From Candidatus Sericytochromatia bacterium (lineage in GTDB: Bacteria > Cyanobacteriota > Sericytochromatia > S15B-MN24 > VGJW01): DNA of 64,000 nucleotides. The stretch lies in contig JAYKHS010000028.1 in the NCBI GenBank assembly GCA_035285865.1, positions 96,001-160,000 of the forward strand, read 5' to 3'. Numbering within the stretch: the first letter of the stretch is position 1; each line of letters starts with the position of its first letter. The notes under the pieces are model-generated. The model saw only the letters and a program-made list of their open reading frames with translations. It did not search any database and was not told the DNA's origin. This document shows positions 1-9,058 of the stretch, one piece after another. The position numbers and the translations under genes are program-made.

Positions 1-1091
1 CCGAAGACCGTGCCGTGCGTCTCAGGTGGGGCCAACTGGCTCAGATAGGGGCGGACGATGGTGCCCGTCCCCCCCATGCACCAGCCGATGGCCGGACCCA
101 CCACCCAGCGGAAGAGGTCGGCGTCCCGGATGCCCACGGCAAGGGCCAAGGCCACCGCCCATGAGCCGAGACAGAGGTGCAGCGCCCTGCCGGGCCCCCA
201 TGCGTCGGTCATTCTGCCCCACGCGAAGGCCCCGCCAATGGCGACGATCGTGCTTGTCGCCAACAACAGTTCCACATCGCTTCCCGCCTTGAGGCCGATG
301 GCCCGCGTGGCGTAAGTGGCCATGAACAAGATGACGGTGTTGACGGCATCCATGAAAAGCAGGTTCGCCAGCATGAAGCGCCCCAGGCCCGGATGTCGGG
401 TTGGCGACAGGGTATCCCGAATCATGCGGAAGGTTTCCCGAAGGCCTTCCGGGGCAGGTTCACGGACGGGTGCCCGGTCAGGCAGGAGCAGGAATGCCGG
501 TATGGCGAAGAGCAGGTAAAGCAAGGCCGATGGCACGAAGGCTGCCTCGGGACCACCGCTTCCCCATGGCATGCTCCAGGGGCCCAGTCTTCCGCTGACG
601 AAGGAACCGACCACGGCAAGGCCCAGCAGCGTGCCCATGAACCCCACACCGATCCCGGCAGCCGACCATCGGCCGCGATCGGCAGGAGCCGCAAGGTCCG
701 GAAGAAGCCCGTGGTAGACGGACTGGGACAGCTGGAACCCGATGATCGAGACGCCGAGGAGCGTTGCCGCGACCCAGGTTCCGGCCTGATGGCCCGCCCA
801 GGGGACCAGAATCGTGACGCCGATGCACAGCAGGGCCCACCCTCGCAACAGCACCATGCGCCGGCCGGTGCGGTCCGACCAGGCGCCCTGCAGGGGGGCG
901 ATGACAGCCACCACCACCATGGCCATCGTGACGGTCCAGGCCCAGAGGCTGTCCGAGGCGCCCAGCACGTCTTGCAGGAACAACTGCCCGTGGATGGACA
1001 GCACATCGATGCTCCAGATGATGTACGCGAAGTCGTACAACACCCAGGCCCTCAGGGCCTTCACGTCGCTTTCGGCAGGGCCGGACGTCAC
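1..1091 (-). CDS. MFS transporter (UMF1/ATG22-like), 3' end beyond window
   Basis: Hand translation from GTG at 1091: AWVLYDFA..., APLQGAWSDRTGRR (MFS motif A-like), many hydrophobic helices; frame stays open to position 1. Confidence 0.8.
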   Translation of the reverse strand, partial: MTSGPAESDVKALRAWVLYDFAYIIWSIDVLSIHGQLFLQDVLGASDSLWAWTVTMAMVVVAVIAPLQGAWSDRTGRRMVLLRGWALLCIGVTILVPWAGHQAGTWVAATLLGVSIIGFQLSQSVYHGLLPDLAAPADRGRWSAAGIGVGFMGTLLGLAVVGSFVSGRLGPWSMPWGSGGPEAAFVPSALLYLLFAIPAFLLLPDRAPVREPAPEGLRETFRMIRDTLSPTRHPGLGRFMLANLLFMDAVNTVILFMATYATRAIGLKAGSDVELLLATSTIVAIGGAFAWGRMTDAWGPGRALHLCLGSWAVALALAVGIRDADLFRWVVGPAIGWCMGGTGTIVRPYLSQLAPPETHGTVF

Positions 1092-1108
1092 GGTGCCCGG
1101 GAGGCCGC

Positions 1109-1783
1109 TCAGCCCGGCTTCTTCCACGTGCCCCCCGATTCGATCCGACGGCGGACATTGCGTGCGATGTCACGAGTACCTTGCTGTTGCAGGCCCGAGA
1201 TGACCCAGCCCGGGATCAGGTTGCCTGTCGTGTCGACCCCCAAGGCATATTCCAAACAGGCGCCTTCGCCGAGAGGATGCATCTGCCAGCGTCCTTCGAG
1301 CCGGCGGAAAGGCGTCCGGACCTGGACCCAGCGAATGGTGCGCGTGGCAGGAACACCCCAGCGCCGAATCGTCAGGTCCGGCGCGAAGGGAACCTGGCTG
1401 ACCATCCGCAACACGGTGCCGTCCGGTTGCTCGCCAAGAACCCGCACCGAGTGCAAGCTGGGCATGAAGTCGGCCAACTTGGCCGGATCCGCAAGGATCT
1501 TGAAGCACTCATCCGGGGAAGCCTTGGCCCAGAAGCGGAGGACCGATCCCCTGAGGCCGTCGGCGTGTTCGAAGTTCCGGGTGAGGACCTGACCTGACTG
1601 CAACCGGGCGGCGTCCGCCTCACTGGGTACGGCGATCGTTTCGGGCAGCCCCGATTCGCCGCTCTCGGCCCAAGCGGGCTGTTGCAGCAGCACGGACAAC
1701 AGGAGCGCCGTGAGCAGCTGGCCCGGATTGGAGAAGAAGTTGCCCGCCTTAGAAGTTGTTGCCGAAAGGATTGCTGATACCAC
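1109..1783 (-). CDS. SRPBCC/START (polyketide cyclase-like) protein, probably exported; start uncertain (1783 or 1699)
   Basis: C-terminal part of ORF 1109..2128: signal-like LLTALLLSVLLQQPAWA, then LADFMPSL...PFRRLEGRW...LEYAL pattern typical of START folds. Confidence 0.65.
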   Translation of the reverse strand: MVSAILSATTSKAGNFFSNPGQLLTALLLSVLLQQPAWAESGESGLPETIAVPSEADAARLQSGQVLTRNFEHADGLRGSVLRFWAKASPDECFKILADPAKLADFMPSLHSVRVLGEQPDGTVLRMVSQVPFAPDLTIRRWGVPATRTIRWVQVRTPFRRLEGRWQMHPLGEGACLEYALGVDTTGNLIPGWVISGLQQQGTRDIARNVRRRIESGGTWKKPG

Positions 1784-2585
1784 CGTTGTTGAAGGGATTC
1801 TGGAAGTTGCCCGGAGTCGGATAGCTGTATCCCGGGGCCACCAGCTGGTCGGAGGGTGTCGGGCTGGGCGTGAGTGCTGCCTTGGGGGCATCGGCGGACA
1901 CGACGAGGTCCACACGCCTGTTGAGGGCGCGGTGCTGGGCCGTATCGTTCGGGAAAAGCGGGCGGAACTCCGCATAGCTCGTGGCCGAGAGGCGCTTGGG
2001 CGCAATCTTGCCTTCGCGAACGAGAAACTCCACGACCTTGATGGAACGATCGCCTGCAAGTCGCCAATTGGTGCCCGCTGCCCCGCCCGGCGAGATATTG
2101 TCGGTGTGTCCCTCGACGCTGATGGCATTGGGCATCTTCTGCAGGGCCTGGGCCGCCTTGCGCAGGGCTTGCTTGAGCGCCGGCTTCAGGTCCGTGGAAT
2201 TTGCATCGAAGAAGGCCGTGTCGTACAGGCTGATGACGAGACCCCGATCCTGAAGGTCGACGCGAACCTGGGAGCGTCCGTCGAACTTCGCGATGGCCTG
2301 CTTGACCCGTGCCTGCGCCTCCTGGATCTGGTCCGTCTTCACGGTGGCCGGGGTGTTCGCGAAGATGTCCTGGCCTTCCTTCTTCTTGATGCTCGAGGCC
2401 TGCTTCATGGACTGGGTGATCTTGGCGAAGTTCTCCACCGAGATACGGCTCGACATCGCGTACATGACGACGAAGAAGACCATCAGGAGGGTGATGAAGT
2501 CCGCGTAGGTAATGAGCCACCGTTCGCGGTCGTTATGCTGCTCTTCTTCCCCTTCGCGCTGAAGGCGCCAGTCCTTGGCCCTCAT
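1749..2585 (-). CDS. motB: Flagellar stator protein MotB
   Basis: RWLITYADFITLLMVFFVVMYAMS TM with the essential Asp; OmpA-like PG-binding domain (VEGHTDN, NWRLAGDR, NRRVD). Confidence 0.93.
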   Translation of the reverse strand: MRAKDWRLQREGEEEQHNDRERWLITYADFITLLMVFFVVMYAMSSRISVENFAKITQSMKQASSIKKKEGQDIFANTPATVKTDQIQEAQARVKQAIAKFDGRSQVRVDLQDRGLVISLYDTAFFDANSTDLKPALKQALRKAAQALQKMPNAISVEGHTDNISPGGAAGTNWRLAGDRSIKVVEFLVREGKIAPKRLSATSYAEFRPLFPNDTAQHRALNRRVDLVVSADAPKAALTPSPTPSDQLVAPGYSYPTPGNFQNPFNNGGISNPFGNNF

Positions 2586-2588
2586 GCG

Positions 2589-3437
2589 TCAGCCCTCGTC
2601 GTACTGGGGCACGGCCATCTCGGGTTCTGCACCGCCGAGGCCCGCCGTGGGGCCTGCGTTGCGTCGGGTCTTTGCCGAGGCCCGGATCGTCTTGCGGGTG
2701 GACGGGGGCAGGCTGACCTGAAGGCGTTCGTTGATCAGCCTCGGGTTCGCACCCGCTTGCATGGCGAGGATGATCTCGACCATGACCCAGCGGATGCGCA
2801 GTTCCTCCTCCGAGTTCTTGCGCAGCTTGTTGGCCAGCGGCAGAAAGAACAGGTTGGCGGCACCGACACCATAGAGGGTGGCCACCATGGCCGTCGCGAT
2901 TTCGGGGCCGAGTTGCTCCGGTTTGTCGAGGTTTCCGAGGACGGAGACCATGCTCAGGACCGTACCGAGGATGCCCAAGGTCGGACAGTAGGCCCCCAAG
3001 GACTCAAATACCGCAATGTTGGTACGGTGTCGGCCCCGTATCGCGAGCATCTCGGCCTCGAGCAGGTCCTGGATCTCCTGAGAGTCGAAGCCTTCCGTGA
3101 TGTACTGCATCCCGCGCTTCAGGAACGGATCCTCGATGTTGCCGATGTCCTTCATCGTGCCCTGGATGCCGGCCGTGCGCAGACGGGTGGAGAGCTTCAT
3201 GAGCTTGGCCACCACTTCGACCATCTCGATGCTGGCAGGTTTGAGCGCTTCCCAAGTCAGGCGCGGGATGGCCAGGACCCGATCGGCGGGAAAGGACATG
3301 AACGCCGCAGTTGCCGACCCGCCCAGCACGATGACGAAGGCATGCCACGACCACAGGGCGGCGGCGCTGCCGCCTTGCAGGGCCAGGGCGCTGAGCAGGA
3401 AGAAGATGAGGGCCACGAGGCCGAACATGTTCCGCAT
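2589..3437 (-). CDS. motA: Flagellar stator protein MotA
   Basis: AFVIVLGGS, DPFLKRG, PTLGILGTVL, ATLYGVGAANLFFLPLANKL; directly upstream of motB. Confidence 0.93.
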   Translation of the reverse strand: MRNMFGLVALIFFLLSALALQGGSAAALWSWHAFVIVLGGSATAAFMSFPADRVLAIPRLTWEALKPASIEMVEVVAKLMKLSTRLRTAGIQGTMKDIGNIEDPFLKRGMQYITEGFDSQEIQDLLEAEMLAIRGRHRTNIAVFESLGAYCPTLGILGTVLSMVSVLGNLDKPEQLGPEIATAMVATLYGVGAANLFFLPLANKLRKNSEEELRIRWVMVEIILAMQAGANPRLINERLQVSLPPSTRKTIRASAKTRRNAGPTAGLGGAEPEMAVPQYDEG

Positions 3438-3487
3438 CGCCGTTTCCTCGGTCGGTCAGGGCACCCTAGGATACCCGACCGTTGCCT

Positions 3488-4555
3488 CTAGCGCACACCA
3501 GCCGTCCTGGGACGGGGCATCGCCCAGCTCGTCCGGTTGTCCCGGGGACCGGCCAGGGCCGGTTCGGGTGTCGTGCTGGAGCGAAGGTCGGCCGTGGGCT
3601 GCAGTTTCTTGACCAGGTCGAACTGGAAGCGAGCACGCAGCGGATCGCCGGCTGCCATCGCGGTCTGGCCAAGATAGTAGCGTGCCACGCTGTTGCTCGA
3701 GTCGAACCCGACCGCGCGCTCGAGGAATCGATTGGCTTCCGCCATGCGACCCGCATCGAAGGCCATGATGCCCAGCCAAGCGTTGGTGTCCGACGCCTCC
3801 GGGGCGAGGCGCCACGCCTGCCCGAAGGCCTCGAACGCCTTGGCGCCCTGTCCACGAAGGTAGGCCAACCGGCCCATGGCCAGCCACGCTTCGGTGCTGT
3901 CCGGTCGGTCGGAGACGACGGTGGTCAGATGGGGTTCGGCCTCGAGGTACTGGCCCGAATCCGTCAGCAGTTTGCCCAGCAGGGCCCGCGACTCCAGATC
4001 CCCCGGATGAGCCAACGCTTGCTGGCGCAGGATGGCAAGCGCACGGGGTTGTTGCCCTGCGGCCAGAAGGGTCCGGACGCTCTGCAGTCGGCCTTGCCGA
4101 TGACGCACCTGATCTCCGGGAGCGAGGACAAGGCGCGCGAGCCAGGTCGTTGCCTTGTCGATGCCCTCGGCCAGGCGATTGAGGAGGTCCGGTGCACTCA
4201 GACGGCCATCGGCCTGACGTTCTGCGGCATGCTGCCACGCCTCGAGGACCCGGACCCTCGGATGGTCGCCCAGACCGCGGCGACGCAAGCCTTCGAGCAA
4301 CTCCCGGGAGGCCTCGGCATCTTCCAGGCGTCGCGTGACCTGCGCGGAGCGTTGAAACGTGTCCTGCGGCAGCAGGGGAGCCGTGCGCGCCGCCGGAGAG
4401 TTTTCCCAACTCATGCGGGTGCGCGCGCCTCGAAGCGGCGTACGGGTATCGCGAGGCAGGCGGATGGCATCCTGCTGCGGTACGGTCGGAGTGGCAATGG
4501 ACGCCGGATTGGCCGCCAGGGCCAGCGCGCGGAAGTCTGCCTCGATGCGACGCAT
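3488..4555 (-). CDS. Tetratricopeptide repeat protein
   Basis: Several TPR-like repeats (EAWLAMGRLAY, AWLGIMAF, ARYYLGQ); co-oriented upstream of motA. Confidence 0.75.
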   Translation of the reverse strand: MRRIEADFRALALAANPASIATPTVPQQDAIRLPRDTRTPLRGARTRMSWENSPAARTAPLLPQDTFQRSAQVTRRLEDAEASRELLEGLRRRGLGDHPRVRVLEAWQHAAERQADGRLSAPDLLNRLAEGIDKATTWLARLVLAPGDQVRHRQGRLQSVRTLLAAGQQPRALAILRQQALAHPGDLESRALLGKLLTDSGQYLEAEPHLTTVVSDRPDSTEAWLAMGRLAYLRGQGAKAFEAFGQAWRLAPEASDTNAWLGIMAFDAGRMAEANRFLERAVGFDSSNSVARYYLGQTAMAAGDPLRARFQFDLVKKLQPTADLRSSTTPEPALAGPRDNRTSWAMPRPRTAGVR

Positions 4556-4802
4556 GCTCGGGATCTGTACCCGGGCCCGCGCGTTCGCGAAACCTTTTAG
4601 GGAATCTTGGTCGGGGGTGAAAAGGTTGTTGCAGGCGCCCGGGGAGGGGCGACGCGGGTATGGACCATGCAGAACGCCTCTCCCGACCCGGCGGTCCTAA
4701 GTGTTGCCCGAGGATTAAGCTTAGCGGCGCCCGGAGAGGACGCGGCGACAAGTCGGGTGTGAAGGCCAGGGCCCCGGGGGGGGAGCCCAGCGCAACGAGG
4801 AG

Positions 4803-6140
4803 ATGACGATGTCCAGCATTCAGGGCGGGTCGACCTGGACCCCGAGTTTCGACACGGTGAAGATGACGCCGAATGCGTCGGTGCCCCAGATCAAGGACGA
4901 GGCCGCCGTCGTGCCCACGGGTTCCTCCGAGGAGCGTGGTGCTCAGGAAGAAGTCGTCACGGAACTGCCCACCGGTGGCGTCACCCTCGACCGTCCGACT
5001 GTCGAGGGCGATGTCGTGGGGGGCAACATCGTTCCGGACCGTGGTGGGTTCGTGGACGATCGCAACGCCATCGGCGGCAACCAGCAGGTGGATGGCAGCC
5101 GCGTGCCCGATTATGCGACGGCTGTGCAGAATCCCGCCCGCCCCACCAATCTGGGGGTGGATCAGCTGGGCTCGGACCCGCGTAGCACCGCTCCCGAACT
5201 GCCTCGGACGCCCATCAACACGGTCGTGGGCGGCATCGGCCAGGTGCTGGATCGGGTCAGCAACGGCGAGCGGGGTGACAAGATGGCCGGCGACCTGTCG
5301 TCGCTCATCGACAAGTTCAAGGACGATCCCGCCCTGCAGAAGCTGCTCATGAAGCTGTACGAGATCGCGATGGGCCAGGGTAATCCGTATGACGTCGCCG
5401 GGATCATCAAGGAGATCGAAGGTTACCTGAACAGCAAGGCGAAGATCATGTTCCCGCAGCATGAGCCCTGGGAGGCCATCGTCCAGCGCCCCGACGGTTC
5501 CAGCGAGCGCGTTTCCGTCCCGCCTGGCACCACCGAGGCTTCGTACAACGCCAATCCCTTCCCGCTCAATACGTCCCGTGGCCCGGCGACCGCGGGCGGG
5601 GGCACCGGCACCCATGATCCGCTCAAGATCACGCTGGACGGCACGGACGCGAAGGTCAACACGACGGACAACAGCCAGATTCGCCTCGACGACGGCCGCG
5701 AAGTGACCATGTCGGGCGGTCTCAACGACAACGAGGCCTGGCTGGTCAAGGACCGCAACGGCGACGGCACGTCCAAGAACAATGGCGTCATCGACGGCAA
5801 CGAGATCTTCGGCGACCACCTGGGCAAGTTCAAGAACGCCTATGACGAACTGGCTCATGAGTACGCCGCCGAGCTCAAGACGGACGAGCAGGGCCGCAAG
5901 TACATCGATCTTGCGGACCCGAACTCGGTCGCGGCCAAGGAACTCAAGCTGATGGACAAGGCCGGCAACTACATCCACGCCGCGGACAAGCTGCAGAAGC
6001 TCTACGTGTCGTGGGACGAGGTGAACATCCAGGCTGGCGACGGCCAAACCTCGCTGCGTCAGCAGGCCCTTGTCCAGTACAACGATGGCAAGGTGGCGAA
6101 GTCGGCCGACCAGTGGTTCGGCGAGAAGCAGGCCGCCTGA
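4803..6140 (+). CDS. Hypothetical protein with Ca-binding-like C-terminal domain (DPLxxxLDG / DRNGDG / GNEIFGD)
   Basis: GAGGAG SD just upstream; strong GC3 codon bias; motif set resembles the domain seen in RTX/hemolysin-type Ca-binding proteins. Confidence 0.75.
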   Translation: MTMSSIQGGSTWTPSFDTVKMTPNASVPQIKDEAAVVPTGSSEERGAQEEVVTELPTGGVTLDRPTVEGDVVGGNIVPDRGGFVDDRNAIGGNQQVDGSRVPDYATAVQNPARPTNLGVDQLGSDPRSTAPELPRTPINTVVGGIGQVLDRVSNGERGDKMAGDLSSLIDKFKDDPALQKLLMKLYEIAMGQGNPYDVAGIIKEIEGYLNSKAKIMFPQHEPWEAIVQRPDGSSERVSVPPGTTEASYNANPFPLNTSRGPATAGGGTGTHDPLKITLDGTDAKVNTTDNSQIRLDDGREVTMSGGLNDNEAWLVKDRNGDGTSKNNGVIDGNEIFGDHLGKFKNAYDELAHEYAAELKTDEQGRKYIDLADPNSVAAKELKLMDKAGNYIHAADKLQKLYVSWDEVNIQAGDGQTSLRQQALVQYNDGKVAKSADQWFGEKQAA

Positions 6141-6150
6141 GTCGCTGGTG

Positions 6151-6193
6151 ACGGGGGGCGTTCCGCTCGTGGGCGGGACGTCCCCCGTTGTTT
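6151..6193 (+). terminator. Intrinsic terminator
   Basis: GC-rich stem ACGGGGGGCGTTCCGCTC / GGCGGGACGTCCCCCGT followed by TGTTT, 10 nt after the stop at 6140. Confidence 0.7.
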
Positions 6194-6227
6194 GGTCCAT
6201 TCCTGCCGCGGGAACGCTGAAGTCATC

Positions 6228-7172
6228 ATGACTGCTGCATTGTCCCGGCCTCTCAGTCGTCTGGCCCTGGCCTTGGCCGTGACGACGATGCCTCTGCCGG
6301 TTCTGGCGGCCGGTCTCGAAAGCGATGCCTCCGACCTGCATCGAGAGGTCTTGGTTCGCCTCGCGGACCAGCTGATCGGGCTGGGTTACGTGCAGTCCGG
6401 CGAACGGGTCTGGTGGGAACCGGAGCACGCGGGCTCAACGGATTCGGACGCCGATATCCTGCGTGCCATGTTGGCGCGCGCCCTGATGATGCGCGGCGTG
6501 GTGCTGGTCGACCGGGAGCCGGATGCCCAGGTGCGCCTCGAGGCGCGCATGCTCCGTGGACCCGGGGAGGTCGTCTATCGGCCCGAGCTTGTCGAGGGGC
6601 GTCCGGGACCCAGCTACACGGTGACGCACCGCCTCGTGGTCCGCTCCGTCGAGTCGGGCTCGAAGCAGGTGCGTGGGGCGGATGTCCTGGTCGTTCAACT
6701 TCAGCCTTTTGCCCCGATTGAGGTTCTTGCGCCCGCAGGGGCACCGGGCGCACAGCGACCCGGGGTGCCGCACCCGGTCCGGGAGCTCCAGGGGGTGGGG
6801 CTTGCAGTGTCCAATCTGTCGGGTTCCGGCTTCTCCTATCGGCGCTGGACCGCATCCGGGCTTGGCTATCAGATATCGGGCTTTCCCTATGTCAATGGCC
6901 CGGATACGTTCTTCAACGCGGGCGGACAGGTGATGCAGTCCTTCTTCGAAGCTCCGTGGGGCCGAGGATACGGGCTTGGCTCGGCCGGTGCCGGATTCGG
7001 CAGTGTCGCGGATCGCTGGTTCGGCGGCACGGCATGGAACCTCAGTGTCGGAGGCGGGCTCGATCTGCGCCTTGCCGGCAACCTGGTGCTGTGCGCGCAA
7101 CTCGCCTACAGCATCTCTGCGGGAAACCGCGTCGGTCCCGGCGTGGGTGCCGGAGCCTACATCGAGTTCTGA
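6228..7172 (+). CDS. Putative outer-membrane beta-barrel protein with N-terminal periplasmic domain (paralog 1)
   Basis: Signal peptide ending PVLA; Gly/aromatic alternating strands; terminal AYIEF fits a BAM beta-signal. Confidence 0.65.
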   Translation: MTAALSRPLSRLALALAVTTMPLPVLAAGLESDASDLHREVLVRLADQLIGLGYVQSGERVWWEPEHAGSTDSDADILRAMLARALMMRGVVLVDREPDAQVRLEARMLRGPGEVVYRPELVEGRPGPSYTVTHRLVVRSVESGSKQVRGADVLVVQLQPFAPIEVLAPAGAPGAQRPGVPHPVRELQGVGLAVSNLSGSGFSYRRWTASGLGYQISGFPYVNGPDTFFNAGGQVMQSFFEAPWGRGYGLGSAGAGFGSVADRWFGGTAWNLSVGGGLDLRLAGNLVLCAQLAYSISAGNRVGPGVGAGAYIEF

Positions 7173-7200
7173 TGAGCCTCTTGAACGGGTGGAACGAGCG

Positions 7201-8241
7201 ATGCGCTTAGAGCAGTTTCTGACCGGATGCATGGCCGCTCCTTGCCTTGCGATGGCCTTGGGCGCCGTGGCTGTCGCGGCCCCGCCACCCGATGCCACGA
7301 CGTTCCATCGCGTCAACATGGAGGATGTGGCAGACCGTCTGCTGGGAGGGGAGCAGCCTTGGCTCAGGAAGGGGGAGCGTGTGTGGCTGTCGGATTCGGC
7401 CTCGCTTCGTACCGCGCGGGATAACGATGCACGGGCTTTGAAGCACATGTTGATGGCAGCGCTCGCGCGTCGCGGGATTGTGTTCACGGCCTCCGAGGAG
7501 CGTGCCGATGTGATGCTGGCTCTGTCCTTCCCGGATGTGCAAGGGGAGAATCTGTTCTTCCGGCAGGAGTTGCTGGGTGTCCGGCCGGGTCCGTCCTGGC
7601 AACTTCGTGATCGCTTGACCGTCCGTGCGGTCGACCGGGCTACCGGGCGTGTCCGGGGCGAAGACTACCTTGTCTCCGAGTACATGCCGTTCGGGGGCGG
7701 GACTGCCGTGCCTGGGTCCGAGGCTTCCGGAACCGCTAGTCCTTCCGTGCCGGACCTTGGCTCGGTCCAGGCCGAGCTGACAGGCTACGGACTGTCTGTC
7801 TCGTGGCTTTCGGGATCGGGCTTTGCCTGGCGGCGCTGGTTGTCGGACGGCTGGGGCTGGCAGTTGGCGGGCATCCCCTACAGCGATGGCACGTACTACT
7901 TCCACAATGCCGGGGGGCAGGTGATGCGCCAGCTGTTCGAGGGGCGGCCCGGACGACTCTATCTGCTCGGGGCCGTCGGTGCGGCCTATGGGACAACCGG
8001 TCCCACCGGCTGGGATCAGTTGTCCGATGACGGGAGCACCTACAACCGTCAGCCAACCTTGCTCTGGAACCTCAGCGCCGGACTCGGGGCCGACCTTCGT
8101 CTGAGTCCAAACTTTGTGGTCGCGCTCGGGGCGGGCTACAGCATGAGCCCCCGGGCCAGCATCGACGCCAGCTACCGTGTCCGGACGGAAAGCGTGGGGG
8201 TCACGCCGGCATTCTCCGCAGGGACGTTCCTCGAGTTCTGA
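7201..8241 (+). CDS. Putative outer-membrane beta-barrel protein (paralog 2)
   Basis: Shares LSGSGF.(Y/W)RRW, NAGGQVM and WNLS.G.G.DLRL with paralog 1; ends TFLEF. Confidence 0.65.
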   Translation: MRLEQFLTGCMAAPCLAMALGAVAVAAPPPDATTFHRVNMEDVADRLLGGEQPWLRKGERVWLSDSASLRTARDNDARALKHMLMAALARRGIVFTASEERADVMLALSFPDVQGENLFFRQELLGVRPGPSWQLRDRLTVRAVDRATGRVRGEDYLVSEYMPFGGGTAVPGSEASGTASPSVPDLGSVQAELTGYGLSVSWLSGSGFAWRRWLSDGWGWQLAGIPYSDGTYYFHNAGGQVMRQLFEGRPGRLYLLGAVGAAYGTTGPTGWDQLSDDGSTYNRQPTLLWNLSAGLGADLRLSPNFVVALGAGYSMSPRASIDASYRVRTESVGVTPAFSAGTFLEF

Positions 8242-8257
8242 GCCGTGTCGGGCGGGC

Positions 8258-9058
8258 TCAGATCGACAGGTTGCGTCGCCTGAAGACCTGCCAGGCTCCG
8301 ATCAGGGTGGCGAGGGGCAGGCCAGCGAGGCACAGCCACGCGGTCCAGGCCGTTTCCTTCCCCGCGAGGGGTTCGTAGGGCCTGAACCATGTGAACGGGG
8401 ACAGGGGTTTCAGAGGTTCGAGTGCCCGAAAGACATCCCCGAACAGGCTCACGAAGAGCGCGACCATCATGATGGCAATGGCGGGCCGGAAGGCGTTTGC
8501 CGATTCACTCGTGGCCGACGAGATCAGCATCGTGATGCCGCCGAAACCCATCATGAGCAGCAACGCCTGAAGTGCGGTCAGCAGCCAGCCGACGGGCCCG
8601 CCCGGCAGGTTCACGCCATGCCACGCGAGCATGCCGGCGACGGCACCGACACACGCGGTTACCGTCACGGCTTGGCCAAGCACCAGGATGCCGATCTGGG
8701 CAAGGATGAACCTGCCGCGTGTGATGGGGCCCGACAGGGTGAAGGAGAGCGTGCCCCGTTCGATGGCCCCGGCGATCGCCGCTGACGGTATGCCGATGGC
8801 CCACGTCGCCAGCATCGCGAGGCTCAGTGGATGAATCAGGACCCAGGACACGTAGCCTTCGGGGCGTGCCATGGACACCCTGGCGCCCATCATCTTCTTG
8901 ATGAACGAGGGCAGGAGTTTCATCGAGACTTCTGCCTGGGCCCGGTATTCCGGATACCACCACGCCACCATCCCGAGAAACAGCGCGAGGCCTGTGGCGA
9001 GCGCCAGCATGGTCGGCCAGCGGTCCTTGAGGGCACGCAGGAAGACGGCGGCGGTCAT
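8258..9058 (-). CDS. ABC-2 type exporter permease
   Basis: About six TM helices; IAGAIERGTLSFTLSGPITR motif; LSPF near the C-terminus; overlaps the ATPase stop. Confidence 0.85.
   Translation of the reverse strand: MTAAVFLRALKDRWPTMLALATGLALFLGMVAWWYPEYRAQAEVSMKLLPSFIKKMMGARVSMARPEGYVSWVLIHPLSLAMLATWAIGIPSAAIAGAIERGTLSFTLSGPITRGRFILAQIGILVLGQAVTVTACVGAVAGMLAWHGVNLPGGPVGWLLTALQALLLMMGFGGITMLISSATSESANAFRPAIAIMMVALFVSLFGDVFRALEPLKPLSPFTWFRPYEPLAGKETAWTAWLCLAGLPLATLIGAWQVFRRRNLSI

Noticed and set aside
1749..3437. Zorya (ZorAB) anti-phage system
   Set aside because: MotA is normal length with no long ZorA tail, motifs are canonical for a stator, and no zorC/D/E is nearby.
4690..4760. Sigma-28 promoters upstream of 4803, 39391 and 61706
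   Set aside because: GGCGACAA, GGCGATAC and GCCGAACA resemble -10 boxes, but TAA(A)G elements lie 19-24 nt away rather than ~15, and the spacing is inconsistent.
3456..6428. 990-aa minus-strand ORF and similar long shadow ORFs (e.g. 1710..3491, 39016..40857, 34908..36668)
   Set aside because: They are antisense to well-supported genes, Arg/Gly/Pro-rich and motif-free, as expected for high-GC artefacts.
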